From Candidatus Dadabacteria bacterium (GTDB lineage Bacteria > Desulfobacterota_D > UBA1144 > Nemesobacterales > CSP1-2): DNA of 64,000 nt. Location: assembly GCA_963805855.1 (NCBI GenBank), contig CAWDVW010000007.1, positions 96,001-160,000 of the forward strand, written 5' to 3'. Positions 33,312-45,205 of this stretch are shown piece by piece (position 1 is the stretch's first letter; every line of letters begins with the position of its first letter). The notes below the pieces were generated by a model, which saw only the letters and a list, made by a program, of their open reading frames with translations, was not told the origin of the DNA and made no database searches. The position numbers and the translations under genes were made by a program.

Positions 33312-34744
33312 TTATTTAGCAAAACGCCCTTTAAGCCATCTTCCAGGAGGATTTTCTTGTTTTACTTCATGACCATCCAAAATCAAAGGAGTACCATTCA
33401 CGAATAATGCGACAACGCCGCTAGTATTGGCAGGATGTCCGTAGCCGGCATTATCTTTTATTTCATCAATATTCCAAAGTACAAGGTCGGCATAGCCGCC
33501 GACCTGGATGCGCCCGCGTTCGCTGAGATCAGAGATGTACTGTGAGAACCATTTTGCCGGGGCAGTCGAAAAACGGTATACAGCCAATGCAAATGCTGGC
33601 TCGGACCCATTTGCGTATTCGTGGAGAAACTTACCGAAGCTGGCGATACCGCGTGGGTGATCGAAACCGCACGGTCGGTTCCAATAGGTGCAATGGTCTC
33701 ATTTGCAAAAAAGTCAATAGTCGAAGACGGTATGGAATCAACTATAATATTTGCATTTCGACCGGATTCCCAAAGCGTTTGAATTCTTCCCCGGACAACG
33801 GTTGCTCCAGCCACGGAAAACGAAGCCTCTCATATCCCACACGGTAGTGTGTTCTCCAGTCTCCGTCAAACCGACGGATACGCAACTTCGATATCCAAGC
33901 TGTGTAAGGATAAAAATCGTAGATGACCCTCACTCCTCTCTTTTGAACCTCCTCAAGTAGATACACCGCTTGCTGTGGTTGAAACATTCCCCCGGTTGAG
34001 TTTAAATGAAGGATATGGATGTCCACATCGTGTGATGCACACCTCAACGCCTCTTTTACCCCTTCAAGTTCTCGCTCGACATCCGAATAACGAAGATGAA
34101 ATGAGAACACAAGTGGTTGACCTTGAAATGATTTGCACACACGCTCGATGAGCTCAGGGGTCGCTTGGCGGGTATACTCCGGGGGGAGAAAGAGATGCCA
34201 TAAGCCCCGGCCTTCAATGCCTCTTCAAATGCATGAACGACATTGAAAATCCCTGCTTATCGAGTAGGTCTCGGAATCCTATAATGCCTATAGTGGTCGC
34301 GTAATTAAGATAGGTGTCTTCACCGTATGTCTGCATGGACTTGCCCGGCAACCCACCATGTGCGGAAAGATAGGTAGTAACTCCGTCATGTGCTTTAAAG
34401 TAAGCTGCTTTCGCTTTAACGAACCCAGCCGAATTAATGTCCAAGAAGCCGGGAGCCATAATAAGTCCTTTACCATCTATTACATTGTTAACCCTAGGAA
34501 AAGGTTTCCTGGTGCCTATATAGGCAATCCGGTCGCCCCGGATTCCTACCACATGTTCGCGAGTCGTTATTTCCTCGCCCTCAACATAACGGTAAATATT
34601 GACAATCAGATAGTCATAGCCTTGAAACAAACTCGATGAGACAAACAACATCAAAAGTCCGATGATCATAAGTAACCCAAGCAGGAGTAATGATCGGATG
34701 ATCGTGAGTCTAGGAACTATGAGATTGTCAAGGCTAAGTCTCAT
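33312..34744 (-). pseudogene. frameshifted amidohydrolase (N-acyl-D-amino-acid deacylase-like)
   Basis: IDGKGLIMAPGFLD, GVTT, DFYPYTA, APAK, RGRIQVGGYADLVLW, PGRWL spread over four frame-shifted ORFs. Confidence 0.75.
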
Positions 34745-35316
34745 AACTAATTATCCGATGGCACCATCTATCAGCTTATGCATGGAAAGTAAGGATTACC
34801 GATTATTGCACTATATAAATTATCTATCTTAATGATAACACACACGTAAAGTTCTTGAGTCGCAAGGCTGTGCGCTCGAGACTCGAAGCAGGAAAACGAT
34901 GAGCACCGGGGTATCGCCATTTAGTAGACATGTTCGTGCGAATTTAAAAAATTTGGCTCCCGAGAGAAATTAGTTATTGCTAAGTTATATATAGACCAAA
35001 CTCACCTTGCGCGTTTTTATTGGGAATCCATCCGAATCGCAAGGATCTCTACAGAGTGTCCTATGGAATGATTATGAGACATCTTTTAGTAATAAATCTT
35101 CTTAAATACGTGATTCTGAATAAAAGGCTGTTGGGCAAAAATAAAAATTTTCTGATCAGTTGACTTATATTTATTTTTGCCATATATCATTAATGTGGGA
35201 CAATTTTAACGCCATACAAAGACCGAGGATTTTTATGTACTAGATCCCGATCTTCAGAGAAAATAGTTATTCCTTCGATATAATATTCACTGGATCTATA
35301 TTTATCGAGTAAAAGT

Positions 35317-35991
35317 ATGAGTGTCAAAATTGATAAACTTATAAGGTCTAGACGAAGAACAGTTGGACTGGAAGTTACGCCTGAAGCGCTCTTAATTGTA
35401 CGTGCTCCAAGGAATTTGTCACGACGGGAAATAAGTGAGATTGTCGATAAAGAAAGCCCTTGGATACTGAAAAAGCAACGGTTCTTTAGGGAGAACCATA
35501 ACAAGATCAGAGAGAAGGAATTTATAGAAGGTGAAGAATTTTTATATCTTGGAAGAGCTTACAGGCTAAGAGTAGTGCATAATACGGTTGATACACTTGT
35601 TGTAAGTGATGATTTCTTTTATCTATCAGAGGAATGCATTGATAATGCGAGGGAGATAATTGAACGTTGGTACCAGAAAAGGGCCTATGAAGTGGTATCT
35701 GAAAGAGCAGAATATTATTCATATATATTGGGAATGAAATTCAAACGAATCAATATTACGGGTGCCAAGAAAAGGTGGGGCTCGTGTGGTCCAAACGGAA
35801 ATTTAAACATCGCATGGCGCCTGGTGATGGCTCCTGTGACGGTGATTGATTATGTTATCGTACACGAGTTGTCTCATATTGATATAAGAAATCACTCAAA
35901 GGAGTTTTGGCGTAAGGTAGGAAGGATTATCCCTGATTATAAAAGTGATGAAAAATGGTTGAGAGATAACGGGCATTTTTTAGTTTTATAA
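35317..35991 (+). CDS. YgjP/DUF45-like zinc metalloprotein
   Basis: RSRRRTV, FLYLG, RWGSC, DYVIVHELSH..NHSKEFW. Confidence 0.9.
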   Translation: MSVKIDKLIRSRRRTVGLEVTPEALLIVRAPRNLSRREISEIVDKESPWILKKQRFFRENHNKIREKEFIEGEEFLYLGRAYRLRVVHNTVDTLVVSDDFFYLSEECIDNAREIIERWYQKRAYEVVSERAEYYSYILGMKFKRINITGAKKRWGSCGPNGNLNIAWRLVMAPVTVIDYVIVHELSHIDIRNHSKEFWRKVGRIIPDYKSDEKWLRDNGHFLVL

Positions 35992-36129
35992 AAAAGGTAG
36001 TGCGCTGTATGTAAGTATTCTTAGTTTGTTAATTCTCTAAGTATTTGTAATTTATACTGATAGGTTTAGTTGTTTATGGACTTCACAATAAGGTGTTTTA
36101 AGCAAGTGTTTATTTATTTTAAGTCTTTT

Positions 36130-36225
36130 AAAAAACTAATGGGAGCGCCCTAAGTTATTAGGGACACTCCCACTCTTAAAGGAGGATGGAGGATTGCAGC
36201 ATTTAAGTAATCAACTTAACCATGT
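36130..36225 (-). ncRNA. candidate ~95-nt small RNA with anti-SD motifs and intrinsic terminator
   Basis: minus-strand TTGACA (36258-36253), 16 nt, TATAAT (36236-36231); UCCUCCAUCCUCCUUU; 14-bp hairpin 36172-36140 followed by UUAGUUUUUU. Confidence 0.55.
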
Positions 36226-36395
36226 TTATTATTATAAAGTTATTTACTTAAATGTCAAGGCTTATTTTTATACTTTGAGAAAATAATTTTTCCTAAAAAG
36301 TTTTATGATTTTGACCACAGAGTCCGGGCTGTGCCATATGAGCCAAAGTCACGTGATGTCAGATAGTTATAGTAATAATATAAAGGAGATTATTA

Positions 36396-37223
36396 ATGAC
36401 TAAGCATTATCCGCTTAAGCTAATTAAATTATTTCACAGATGCTCTTTCATAATAATTATGGCTATTTTGATTTTGGTCACTGGTACGATCAATTTACTC
36501 GCTCAACTTGATAAAGCCATACAAGCCCATGGAGGCTTGGAGAAATTTCGAGAGTTTGGAACTGTGGAATATGATCTAAGAAATTGGCCATTCGGTAAAA
36601 ACGCCCCTTTAACTGATCACCAGGTAATTGATTTGCAATCCAGAAATGTTTTTATTAAAAGCGATGATTACACAATAGGGTTTGATGGCAATGATGTGTG
36701 GATCTCTCCCGATTCAAAAACATTAGGATTACCGGCGAGATTCTATGCTTTTACACCGTATTATTTTTTTGGTCTACCTTTTTTGTTTGCTGATCCGGGT
36801 GTTCGGCTTGAATCACTCGGCACAAAAAAATTAGACAGTAAGGAATACGATGTTGTTAAAATTAGTTTTGGTGCTGGGGTAGGTGATACGCCGGAAGATA
36901 ACTATGTAGCTTACTTTGATAAAGATTCGAAAAGGTTAAGGCTTGCACATTACATCGTTACATATCCCCTGTTTATGGAGGGAAAACAACCGGACCAATT
37001 AGAGCGACACGCGATCGTTTATGATGAGTGGCAAGAAATAGATGGATTGACGGTTCCGAAGAAAGTTAGTTTTTATGGATGGGAGGATGAAAAACTCGTT
37101 CCCTCTTCCACGGCTCCTTCATATAGCTATGATAACGTGAAATTTAAAAAAGAACGTCCAAGCCCCAAGCTATTTGCAAAACCCAAAGGGACCGAGGTTG
37201 ACTTGTCCCATAAGTTGAAATGA
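36396..37223 (+). CDS. exported protein, DUF6503-like
   Basis: RBS AAAGGAG, hydrophobic N-terminus, AHGG, YFFGLPFLFADPG, GDTPEDNY. Confidence 0.7.
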   Translation: MTKHYPLKLIKLFHRCSFIIIMAILILVTGTINLLAQLDKAIQAHGGLEKFREFGTVEYDLRNWPFGKNAPLTDHQVIDLQSRNVFIKSDDYTIGFDGNDVWISPDSKTLGLPARFYAFTPYYFFGLPFLFADPGVRLESLGTKKLDSKEYDVVKISFGAGVGDTPEDNYVAYFDKDSKRLRLAHYIVTYPLFMEGKQPDQLERHAIVYDEWQEIDGLTVPKKVSFYGWEDEKLVPSSTAPSYSYDNVKFKKERPSPKLFAKPKGTEVDLSHKLK

Positions 37224-37910
37224 AAATGCCAGCTGAGGGTTACGGCGGGTTTTGTCCATTGATTTGTTTCCTTGTTTCACTAATTTTTTGTTCGCTTTTA
37301 AACGGGTTGAAGTTTAGGGAATTCCCAATCTAACTTAGCATCGGCGAGATATAAGTTTGCCGAATCCCTAGAATTGCAGTTATCGCAGCGAGTTAGGTAA
37401 TAGTTTGGATTCGCATATGCGTACAACCTCCTTGACAATCACTCTTGCACCATTATATTATTTTCATACTAATAAGTTCGGTTGTCATGTGATAAGAGTA
37501 AGACAAAAAAGTGTAGAGGAAGCTGAAGGAACTTCAGGATTTAAGAATTTTTCTAAGCGTATTAAAGAAGTTAAAGTGCATTAGAAAAGATCATGTTTTT
37601 TTTAGCTACTATTTTAATGAATTAAGAACGTAATTATGTTAAACGCAAGGCAGTTAAAAAGATATTTGTTTAAAGATGTTCTCAAAGAGCAAGTAAGAAC
37701 GAAGTTATTTTCTACTAATCCACTCACGCGTGGTGATTCTTTTCTAAAAGCACTATGATGGTTAATAACGTTGATATTAGAAGAGTTCACTAATGCACCG
37801 CCCGTCTATTTCAAGCTTATCACGCTTACTAATGATTGATGGCCTATTACTAATTATGAGTATTTAATTTTGACCCAGAATTAATTTATAGACATCGCTA
37901 ATTTGAAATT

Positions 37911-40607
37911 ATGAGCACTAAGAACTTCGAAAAGCTTTTCAATCCGAAATCAATCGCCTTAATTGGTGAGTGCGCGAATGAGGGGAGCATTGCATTTTCT
38001 ATGTTCAAAAACCTTAGAAATTGTGATTTCCAGGGGGAAATATATGTAGTGAATTCCAAAGACGAGAAAAGCTTCGAGGACAAAATTTACAGATCCATTA
38101 CAGATATTGACGATAATATTGATCTTGCAATAATAGGCGAGTCACTGGATCGAGTCCCAACCATAATAAAAGAAGGCGCAAAGAAGAATATTAAGGGTGC
38201 GATTGTCGTGACGGCAAATGGGGAGCGGGAAGAGTCAAATAATTCAAATAATTCTGAACTTGAGTACCAAATAATACGTGAGGCACGACAAAATGGAATA
38301 AGAGTAATGGGTCCTGAGTGCCTGTCGTTTGTGATACCTCGACTTGGTATAAATGCAAGTCCCATCCCTTCATTACCTCCGAAAGGAAATTTGGCTTTTA
38401 TTTCGCAAAGCGGGACAATTTGTACCGCTATTCTGGATTGGGCTATTAAGGAGAAGGTCGGGTTTAGTTATGTCGTTTCTCTTGGACAGATGGCAGATGT
38501 AGATTTTGGAGATGTAATCAATTACCTCGGGGATGACAACAGAGTAAAGAGCATCCTGCTATATTTGGAATCTCTTACAAATGTTAAAAAGTTTGTAGGA
38601 GCTGCCAGGAGTGTATCGCGAGTAAAGCCGATCATCGCACTTAAGGCCGGTAAAATCAATCTCGATTCAAAATACGGCAGTTTCTACAGCGCGGCCGATA
38701 CCGAAGACGACCTTGCCTACAGCACAATTTTCAAACGTGTTGGAATAGTAAGAGTGGATACTATTGAGGAAATTTTTAATGCGGCTTCGTCCCTTTCGAA
38801 ACAGCCTCGTCCATTAAAACCGAATATCGCTATTATAACTAATTCGCGAAGCACGTCTTTTATGTCAATTGACACCATAATCCAAAGGCGGGATCTTCAG
38901 CTGGCAGCTTTAAGTCAAAATACTATTTTGGAATTAAATCAGGTGCTACCGGAATCTTTGAAAAAACAAAATCCAATTGATTTAGGTGTTGAGGCAGGTG
39001 CATCGCTATACTCTAAAACTCTCGAAGTTTTACTCGGTGCGGATGAGACAGGTGGTGTAATAGTGATTTTTACCCCTCAGGTCTTAACCCATGCTTCCGA
39101 TGTAGCGAACGCCATCTGTGACGTAGCAAAAAAATCTAGTACAAAACCCATTTTTGCGGTTTGGATGGGGGGTAAATTGGTTGAAGATGCGATTAATATT
39201 TTACATGAATCGGGTATTCCAACCTATGGGACGCCCGAGGAGGCTGTAAAAGCCTTTTCCCATATGTATTCCTATACTAGCAATCTTCGACTCCTTCAAG
39301 AGACACCAAAACTCCTTAACAGTAGCTTTGACAAAAGGAGGGCGGAATCCGTCATAAGATCGTATCTCGAGCACAAAGAGATTGATACTCTTTCAGAGAT
39401 TGAATCAAAAGCTATAATCGCGAGTTATGAGATACCCGTTAACCATACTGAGATTGCGACGACCCCTTTGGAAGCGTCAAAGGCGTCAAAGGAGATAGGC
39501 TATCCCGTACTCGTGAAGATACATTCTCCCGACGTTGTTCATAAAAGTAGCGATGGTGGAGTTGCACACGACCTGAGGACTGAGTCGGAGGTAATCGATT
39601 CATTTAACAGAATTACTTCTACAGTAAAAAGATTGAAAGCCGATGCAAATATTCTAGGGGTTTCGGTCCAGAGAATGATCAAGGATAAGGGTTTTGAATG
39701 TATTCTAGGGGCTAAGAAGCACCCTACCTTCGGTCCATTGATATATTTTGGAACCGGTGGGATAATGGCGGGTTACATAGATGACATTGGGATGGCGATT
39801 CCTCCACTAAACTCAACGCTGGCGCTCAGATTAATGGAGAAGACCCGAATCTTTGACGTGCTGTCGAGAGGTTTCAATAATATACCCGCTGCAAAGATTG
39901 ATAATATTGTAAAGGTCATCGTAAACTTTTCTGAGCTGATAGCCGATTTCCCGGAGATCATTGAAATTGAAATAAATCCACTTTACGTGAGAAATGATCT
40001 TATACTTGCGCTGGATGCAAGAATTGAGATTCAGAGAACAAACCAAGGTTCCGCCGATCATCTACTTATCACGCCGTATCCCGGTAGCTATGAAAGTTAT
40101 CATACTCTAAAGGATGGAACAGTAGTCTTGCTGAGACCGATTAAACCTGAAGATGAGCCTCTTATGCTCGAGCTATTCAATACATTCTCGGAAAAAACTA
40201 TCGTCTCAAGGTTTTTTCATCTGATCAATGTTACAACACACGAGCAGCTCATACGTTTTACCCAAATCGATTACGACCGCGAAATCTCTATAATAGCAGT
40301 TTGTCAACCTCCCGGGCGTGAAAGAATTTTGGGTATCGGGCAGCTAATTTTTGATCCAAAGGGAGAAAAGGCCGAATTCGCTCTTGTCGTCGGCGATCCG
40401 TGGCAGGGTAGAGGACTTGGGACGAGGCTCTTGGATACTTGCATTGCGATATCTCAACAAAGGGGAGTTAAAGATCTCTGGGGAGAGATTATTGCTACAA
40501 ATCAGCCGATGGGGCACCTGTTTAAAAAGATGGGCTTCAACATAATTAAAAGGGATAATTCATACTACGCGGAACTGAATCTATCTGCGAGGGAGAAATA
40601 CGGTTAA
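37911..40607 (+). CDS. Pat/YfiQ-type protein lysine acetyltransferase (NDP-forming acyl-CoA synthetase-like + GNAT)
   Basis: LFNPKSIA, ISQSG, NPIDL, ATP-grasp HKS..GGV, EINPL, C-terminal LRPIKPED..AEFA..WQGRGLG; the usual phospho-His motif SHTG is absent. Confidence 0.88.
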   Translation: MSTKNFEKLFNPKSIALIGECANEGSIAFSMFKNLRNCDFQGEIYVVNSKDEKSFEDKIYRSITDIDDNIDLAIIGESLDRVPTIIKEGAKKNIKGAIVVTANGEREESNNSNNSELEYQIIREARQNGIRVMGPECLSFVIPRLGINASPIPSLPPKGNLAFISQSGTICTAILDWAIKEKVGFSYVVSLGQMADVDFGDVINYLGDDNRVKSILLYLESLTNVKKFVGAARSVSRVKPIIALKAGKINLDSKYGSFYSAADTEDDLAYSTIFKRVGIVRVDTIEEIFNAASSLSKQPRPLKPNIAIITNSRSTSFMSIDTIIQRRDLQLAALSQNTILELNQVLPESLKKQNPIDLGVEAGASLYSKTLEVLLGADETGGVIVIFTPQVLTHASDVANAICDVAKKSSTKPIFAVWMGGKLVEDAINILHESGIPTYGTPEEAVKAFSHMYSYTSNLRLLQETPKLLNSSFDKRRAESVIRSYLEHKEIDTLSEIESKAIIASYEIPVNHTEIATTPLEASKASKEIGYPVLVKIHSPDVVHKSSDGGVAHDLRTESEVIDSFNRITSTVKRLKADANILGVSVQRMIKDKGFECILGAKKHPTFGPLIYFGTGGIMAGYIDDIGMAIPPLNSTLALRLMEKTRIFDVLSRGFNNIPAAKIDNIVKVIVNFSELIADFPEIIEIEINPLYVRNDLILALDARIEIQRTNQGSADHLLITPYPGSYESYHTLKDGTVVLLRPIKPEDEPLMLELFNTFSEKTIVSRFFHLINVTTHEQLIRFTQIDYDREISIIAVCQPPGRERILGIGQLIFDPKGEKAEFALVVGDPWQGRGLGTRLLDTCIAISQQRGVKDLWGEIIATNQPMGHLFKKMGFNIIKRDNSYYAELNLSAREKYG

Positions 40608-40662
40608 GAATTAGAATTTGTTGTTGATAATTTATAAGATGAAGAGATGTCTTCAATCCTAA

Positions 40663-41180
40663 CTTCTTTGTCTTGATACTGAAACGAGTTCAGCACAGGT
40701 ACAAAGAAGCAATCCTTCGACAGCACTCTCAGGACAGGCCTAGACAGGAACTGAGCATGTGATCACCCTTCGACGAGCTCAGGGTGATCGGGTAATTCTT
40801 ACATCGTGGAATTGGAGCCAAAACAAGCCCTTCCAACCTTCGATGAACTCAGGACAGGGCTGTCCCCCTTGGTGTCATTCCCGCGGATTGTAAGCGGGAA
40901 TCCATGTGTTTACCTCTGGATCCCCGACTACTGATTTCGGGGATAACATAACGACTGAAAAATTTAATTCAATCAGAACCCGCAAATCTTTTTAACGTCT
41001 TCGTTCCTGATTTTCCTAACGCAATTTTTGGAAGGTCGTTCAAGTCCTTTTCTTTCTGACATCGATCTACGAAAACAAATCCAATCGTGAAGTTATAAGA
41101 ATCTTTTACCCGAATTATCTAGCATCTACAATTGCGAGCACCTCGACTTGCCTGCGCTGAGTATGATCGAAGTGCTCAGT
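40663..41180. repeat. cluster of REP-like palindromes
   Basis: CCTTCGA-n-CTCAGG at 40714, 40767, 40837 and its complement at 41157; TGTCATTCCCGC..GCGGGAATCCA..TGGATCCCCG..CGGGGATAACA at 40873-40948. Confidence 0.8.
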
Positions 41181-41517
41181 ACGGGCTCAAGCGTGGCGGT
41201 CTCAGTTCTTGGTACTGGATTGCTTCTTCCCCAGGGGGGAAGCTTATTCTGAGTCCTGAGGTATTGCAATAGTTCGAGGTGCAAACTATCCTGTGGAAAG
41301 TGCACCGGAGATGGATGATATTGCAGAGAAGGTGTATCTAGTTTGACTATTCGCTTGGAGCAATGATAGGATTTCGTAGGATAAGATGGCGAAAACCAGA
41401 AATGTAGAAGCCCTTAAGTATCACATGGCTGTAGAAAGTCATGGAAAGGAAAAGATAAAGGGTTTAACGGTCAAGATTAAACAGGTTTGAACAGAAATCG
41501 GATTGAAGGAGTTTCTT

Positions 41518-43347
41518 ATGGCTTATCAACCAATCGAAAATTATGGCATTGTCGGTGATATGAATACAGTTGCTTTAGTGGGAATGAATGGCTCGGTAGA
41601 CTGGTTTTGCTATCCGCGCTTCGATTCTCCTAGTATATTTGCGGCTATACTTGATCATAAAAAAGGCGGCAATTTCAGGATTTGTCCAAAGAATGATGAC
41701 GTAAAACTCAAGCAATTTTACTGGCCTGAAACCAATATTCTCATAACTCGGTTTCTTTCACCAAGTGGGGTTGGAGAAATAGTCGATTTTATGGCCGTTC
41801 CTGTTCCAGAAAATGAAGGTGGTCAATTAGTTCGCTTGGTTAAAGTTTTGAGAGGAGGTATGAAGTTTCGCGTGGAATGTTTTCCCTCATTCAACTATGC
41901 ACGTGATAGACATGAGACACATATAAACTCTGAGGGTGCATGCTTTTACTCTAAGGATTTGAGTATGGGCTTGGCAACGCATGTTCCTTTGAAAAAGAGG
42001 AAAAACGGAGCTATTGCGGATTTCGGGCTTGAGGAAGGGCAGCGAGCTCTATTTATTTTCAAAAGAGTTGATCCAGGTAGTTCATGTCGCGTCTCATTTT
42101 CCGCTGATGAAGCCCATGAACTTTTTAAAGAAACAATCGACTACTGGCATAGTTGGATTTCAAAATGCACCTATAGAGGTAGATGGCGTGAAATGGTTAT
42201 AAGGTCTGCATTGGTGCTCAAGCTCATGACATATGAACCCAGCGGTGCAATTGTTGCGGCACCCACTTGTAGCCTTCCGGAAGGTATCGGGGGTGAACGG
42301 AACTGGGATTACCGTTTCACATGGATTAGAGATGCGGCCTTTACACTCTACGGTCTTATGCGGATTGGCTTGGTTGACGCTGCTTCGGGGTTTATGGATT
42401 GGATCCAGGCAAGATGCAACGAGCTAAATCCCGACGGCTCCCTGAACATAATGTATGGAATAAATGGTGAGCACGTTGAGTCGGAAGAAATATTGGATCA
42501 TCTGGATGGGTACAGGGAATCACGCCCTGTCCGAATAGGAAACGGGGCCGCAACTCAGCTTCAACTGGACATATATGGTGAATTAATGGATTCCGTGTAT
42601 CTCTTTAATAAGTATGGTACCCCGATATCCTATGATCTATGGGATTCTTTGAGAAAACTGGTCAACTGGGTTTGCAGTAACTGGGAAAGAAAGGATGACG
42701 GTATATGGGAAATAAGGGGCGGTAAACGTCATAATGTATATTCAAAACTGATGTGCTGGGTTGCCGTTGATAGAGGAATTAGGCTGGCAGACAAGCGGTC
42801 GTTTCCGGCCGATCGCGAAAAATGGCTCGATGTTCGAGATAAAATTTATGAGGATATAATTAAAAAGGGTTGGAGTAAGAAGCGACAGGCATTTACCCAA
42901 TACTATGGAAGCAATGCTCTTGATGCTTCAGTCTTGATGATGCCACTGGTGTTCTTTATGTCTCCTACCGATCCTAGGATGATGAAGACTTTAAATGCCA
43001 TCGACCAGCCACCCGAAAAAGGTGGGTTGGTTTCGAATAGCCTAGTTTACAGATACAACGTAGAAGAGGCAAAAGATGGTCTTACGGGTGACGAGGGAAC
43101 GTTTAATATCTGTACTTTTTGGCTTATCGAGGCCTTAACCAGGGCCGGAAGGCATGATAATAAAAGGCTTCGTGAGGCGGTATTCATGTTTGAGCAGATG
43201 CTGAGCTATGCGAATCACCTGGGTCTTTATGCCGAGGAGACGGGCCCGAGTGGAGAGGCTCTGGGTAATTTCCCACAGGCCTTTACACACCTTGCTTTAA
43301 TAAGCGCTGCTTTCAACCTCGATAGGGGACTGGGACCGAGCGGATAA
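41518..43347 (+). CDS. glycoside hydrolase family 15 (glucoamylase/trehalase-like)
   Basis: [43 protein letters not shown]. Confidence 0.93.
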   Translation: MAYQPIENYGIVGDMNTVALVGMNGSVDWFCYPRFDSPSIFAAILDHKKGGNFRICPKNDDVKLKQFYWPETNILITRFLSPSGVGEIVDFMAVPVPENEGGQLVRLVKVLRGGMKFRVECFPSFNYARDRHETHINSEGACFYSKDLSMGLATHVPLKKRKNGAIADFGLEEGQRALFIFKRVDPGSSCRVSFSADEAHELFKETIDYWHSWISKCTYRGRWREMVIRSALVLKLMTYEPSGAIVAAPTCSLPEGIGGERNWDYRFTWIRDAAFTLYGLMRIGLVDAASGFMDWIQARCNELNPDGSLNIMYGINGEHVESEEILDHLDGYRESRPVRIGNGAATQLQLDIYGELMDSVYLFNKYGTPISYDLWDSLRKLVNWVCSNWERKDDGIWEIRGGKRHNVYSKLMCWVAVDRGIRLADKRSFPADREKWLDVRDKIYEDIIKKGWSKKRQAFTQYYGSNALDASVLMMPLVFFMSPTDPRMMKTLNAIDQPPEKGGLVSNSLVYRYNVEEAKDGLTGDEGTFNICTFWLIEALTRAGRHDNKRLREAVFMFEQMLSYANHLGLYAEETGPSGEALGNFPQAFTHLALISAAFNLDRGLGPSG

Positions 43348-43535
43348 TATAAGTAAATTCTGATCTTACAGAGTAGTAGTTTTTTACTTCTATGGACTTG
43401 AACAGCTTCAGATTTTAACTGCCGAATTCCCTGCGGCTTCCTGCAAGTAATTTGATTATTTTGATACGACAAATAGCAGTGGTGAATGGCCGTTTATCCT
43501 CACTATCAATCAATAATCGCAGAACGGAATTTATA

Positions 43536-44067
43536 TTATTTCTCTACCTGTTTCTTTAATTTTTCGAGTCCTCGCTGGAACATAGGTTTCGTCATAGACT
43601 CCATAATAAGCGCGAAATAACCACCTATAATTGGTCTTATCCATATTGCCCTCCATACTCCAGGTTACTTTCGTTTGACCCTCTTCCACGGGCTCATAAA
43701 CCATTGCGCTTTTGCACTCATATTTACCACTACCGAATAACAGGTCATATTCAATACCCGTAGCAGGAGACGAAGACGTGAGAATGAGTCCGCCATCTCC
43801 ATCCTTGCCGACCCATGACTGGCTCGCTCCGATACCTAAGGTTTCATCGCCGTAGGTGATGATAATTGTTGGGTCTCGCTCTGTCCATGGTTCCCATTCG
43901 CGCCATTTCTTTAAATCGCCGACATATTCATGAATTGCCGCTGGTTTTGCGTCTATGATAATCGACCTATTCACACTATAATTGGTGGGTAAAAATATTC
44001 CTATGATTATGACGATCAAGATCAATAACAAAAATGCTATAGAGAGGACTTTGAAAAACTTACTCAT
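43536..44067 (-). pseudogene. SRPBCC/polyketide cyclase family protein with a frameshift near 43632
   Basis: FLPTNYSVNRSIII, WEPW..DP, TKVTWSM; the family-like tail PIIGGYFALIMESMTKPMFQRGLEKLK continues in another frame. Confidence 0.7.
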
Positions 44068-44209
44068 CGCGGCGGATCCTCCATGATTCTTATTCACAGG
44101 TCAATCAACATTTTCACTTAAAATTGTGCAGTCGTACGATCGGCTCTGAGTTTGAAAATATACTAACAAATTAACTTAATTATAAAACCGAAAAAATTAA
44201 TAATATAAC

Positions 44210-44743
44210 ATGCTATTTAAAAAGAAGAACATACTCGTCACGGGGCTTCCCGGTATAGGCAAGACAACGCTCATTAAGGCTTTATCTTCGGAACTAAAAC
44301 TGTATCGCCCAAGTGGATTTTACACTGAGGAATTGAGAGAAGGCGGAGTCAGAAAGGGATTTGAGCTTGTTAGCCTCGATGGTGGAGGGATGATTCTATC
44401 TCACCAGGATATAATAACGGGATACAGGGTTGGCAAATATAAAGTGGATGTAGCAGGCTTTGAAATATTTCTGGGAAAAGTAAGGTTCTTTGAACCTGGG
44501 ATCGAGCTGATTATCATAGATGAGATAGGGAAAATGGAATGTTTATCAAATAAATTTAAGGAGATGATGGAGCAAATTCTTGATTCAGAGAAAATAGTCG
44601 TAGCAACAATTGCTCTCAAGGCTGGAGGATTTATTGGAGACTTAAAGAAGCGAGAAGATGTGAAGCTTTTTGAAATGACAAAAGATAATCGGAATTCTCT
44701 ACTCCCGGAAATTCTAGATGAAGTGAAAACATTGTTACCTTAA
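44210..44743 (+). CDS. NTPase (NTPase_1/THEP1 family)
   Basis: GLPGIGKTT, GFYTEE.R...R.GF, IIDEIGKME. Confidence 0.9.
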   Translation: MLFKKKNILVTGLPGIGKTTLIKALSSELKLYRPSGFYTEELREGGVRKGFELVSLDGGGMILSHQDIITGYRVGKYKVDVAGFEIFLGKVRFFEPGIELIIIDEIGKMECLSNKFKEMMEQILDSEKIVVATIALKAGGFIGDLKKREDVKLFEMTKDNRNSLLPEILDEVKTLLP

Positions 44744-44933
44744 TTTCATTTAGGAATGGCGATTAGATATTTACTTCATGAAGTTCTTTCGACACTTGAT
44801 ACAAAAAGTTTCGTTTTTTTGTATCCGTATCTCTTAAACAATTTGAGAAGTGCATAACACAACTTGCGTTGAAGCAAGGTTAACGGCTTCAGCCTCTTCC
44901 TAACCACTCACCCGCGTCGTCGTCGACCAGTCT

Positions 44934-45022
44934 TGTCATTTCGAATGAATATGAGAAATCTTTCCTTTGTTTTTGCATTTACTGAGTTAACTACTAGATC
45001 TCTCACATTTGTTCGAGATGAC
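44934..45022. repeat. ~89-bp inverted-repeat element (MITE/REPIN-like), copy 1
   Basis: TGTCATTTCGAA..GAGAAATCT / AGATCTCTC..TTCGAGATGACA; related copy at 53219-53307 in opposite orientation. Confidence 0.75.
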
Positions 45023-45205
45023 AGGAAAAAAGTTGTTGCGAGCGGGTCGAAGCGATTTCCAACCTAAGTTGAACAGATAACCCTATCGCAAGCTATAAGG
45101 GGAATTCGGTAATTAAACTTTAAGGTTATTATTAGAAAGAATATTTAGACAACAAGCTGTAAGGTTGTCTTTGTATAAAACTTGAGTATAAAATGAGTTC
45201 ATCTG

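Noticed and set aside
34953-34975. tRNA 3' remnant/att site (TGGCTCCC)
   Set aside because: Only 8 nt, no T-arm, no second copy at the other island edge and no integrase.
35317-35991. YgjP-like gene as marker of a type I restriction-modification locus
   Set aside because: No hsdR/M/S genes adjacent.
40660-41200. CRISPR array
   Set aside because: Repeats are degenerate palindromes in both orientations with irregular spacing; no cas genes.
41270-41315. c-di-GMP-I riboswitch (GCAAAC..GAAAG)
   Set aside because: The GGACGCAAAGC and P3 elements are missing.
44852-44886. Integron attC site (GCATAAC..GTTAACG)
   Set aside because: Too short, poor right core, no integrase or cassette array.
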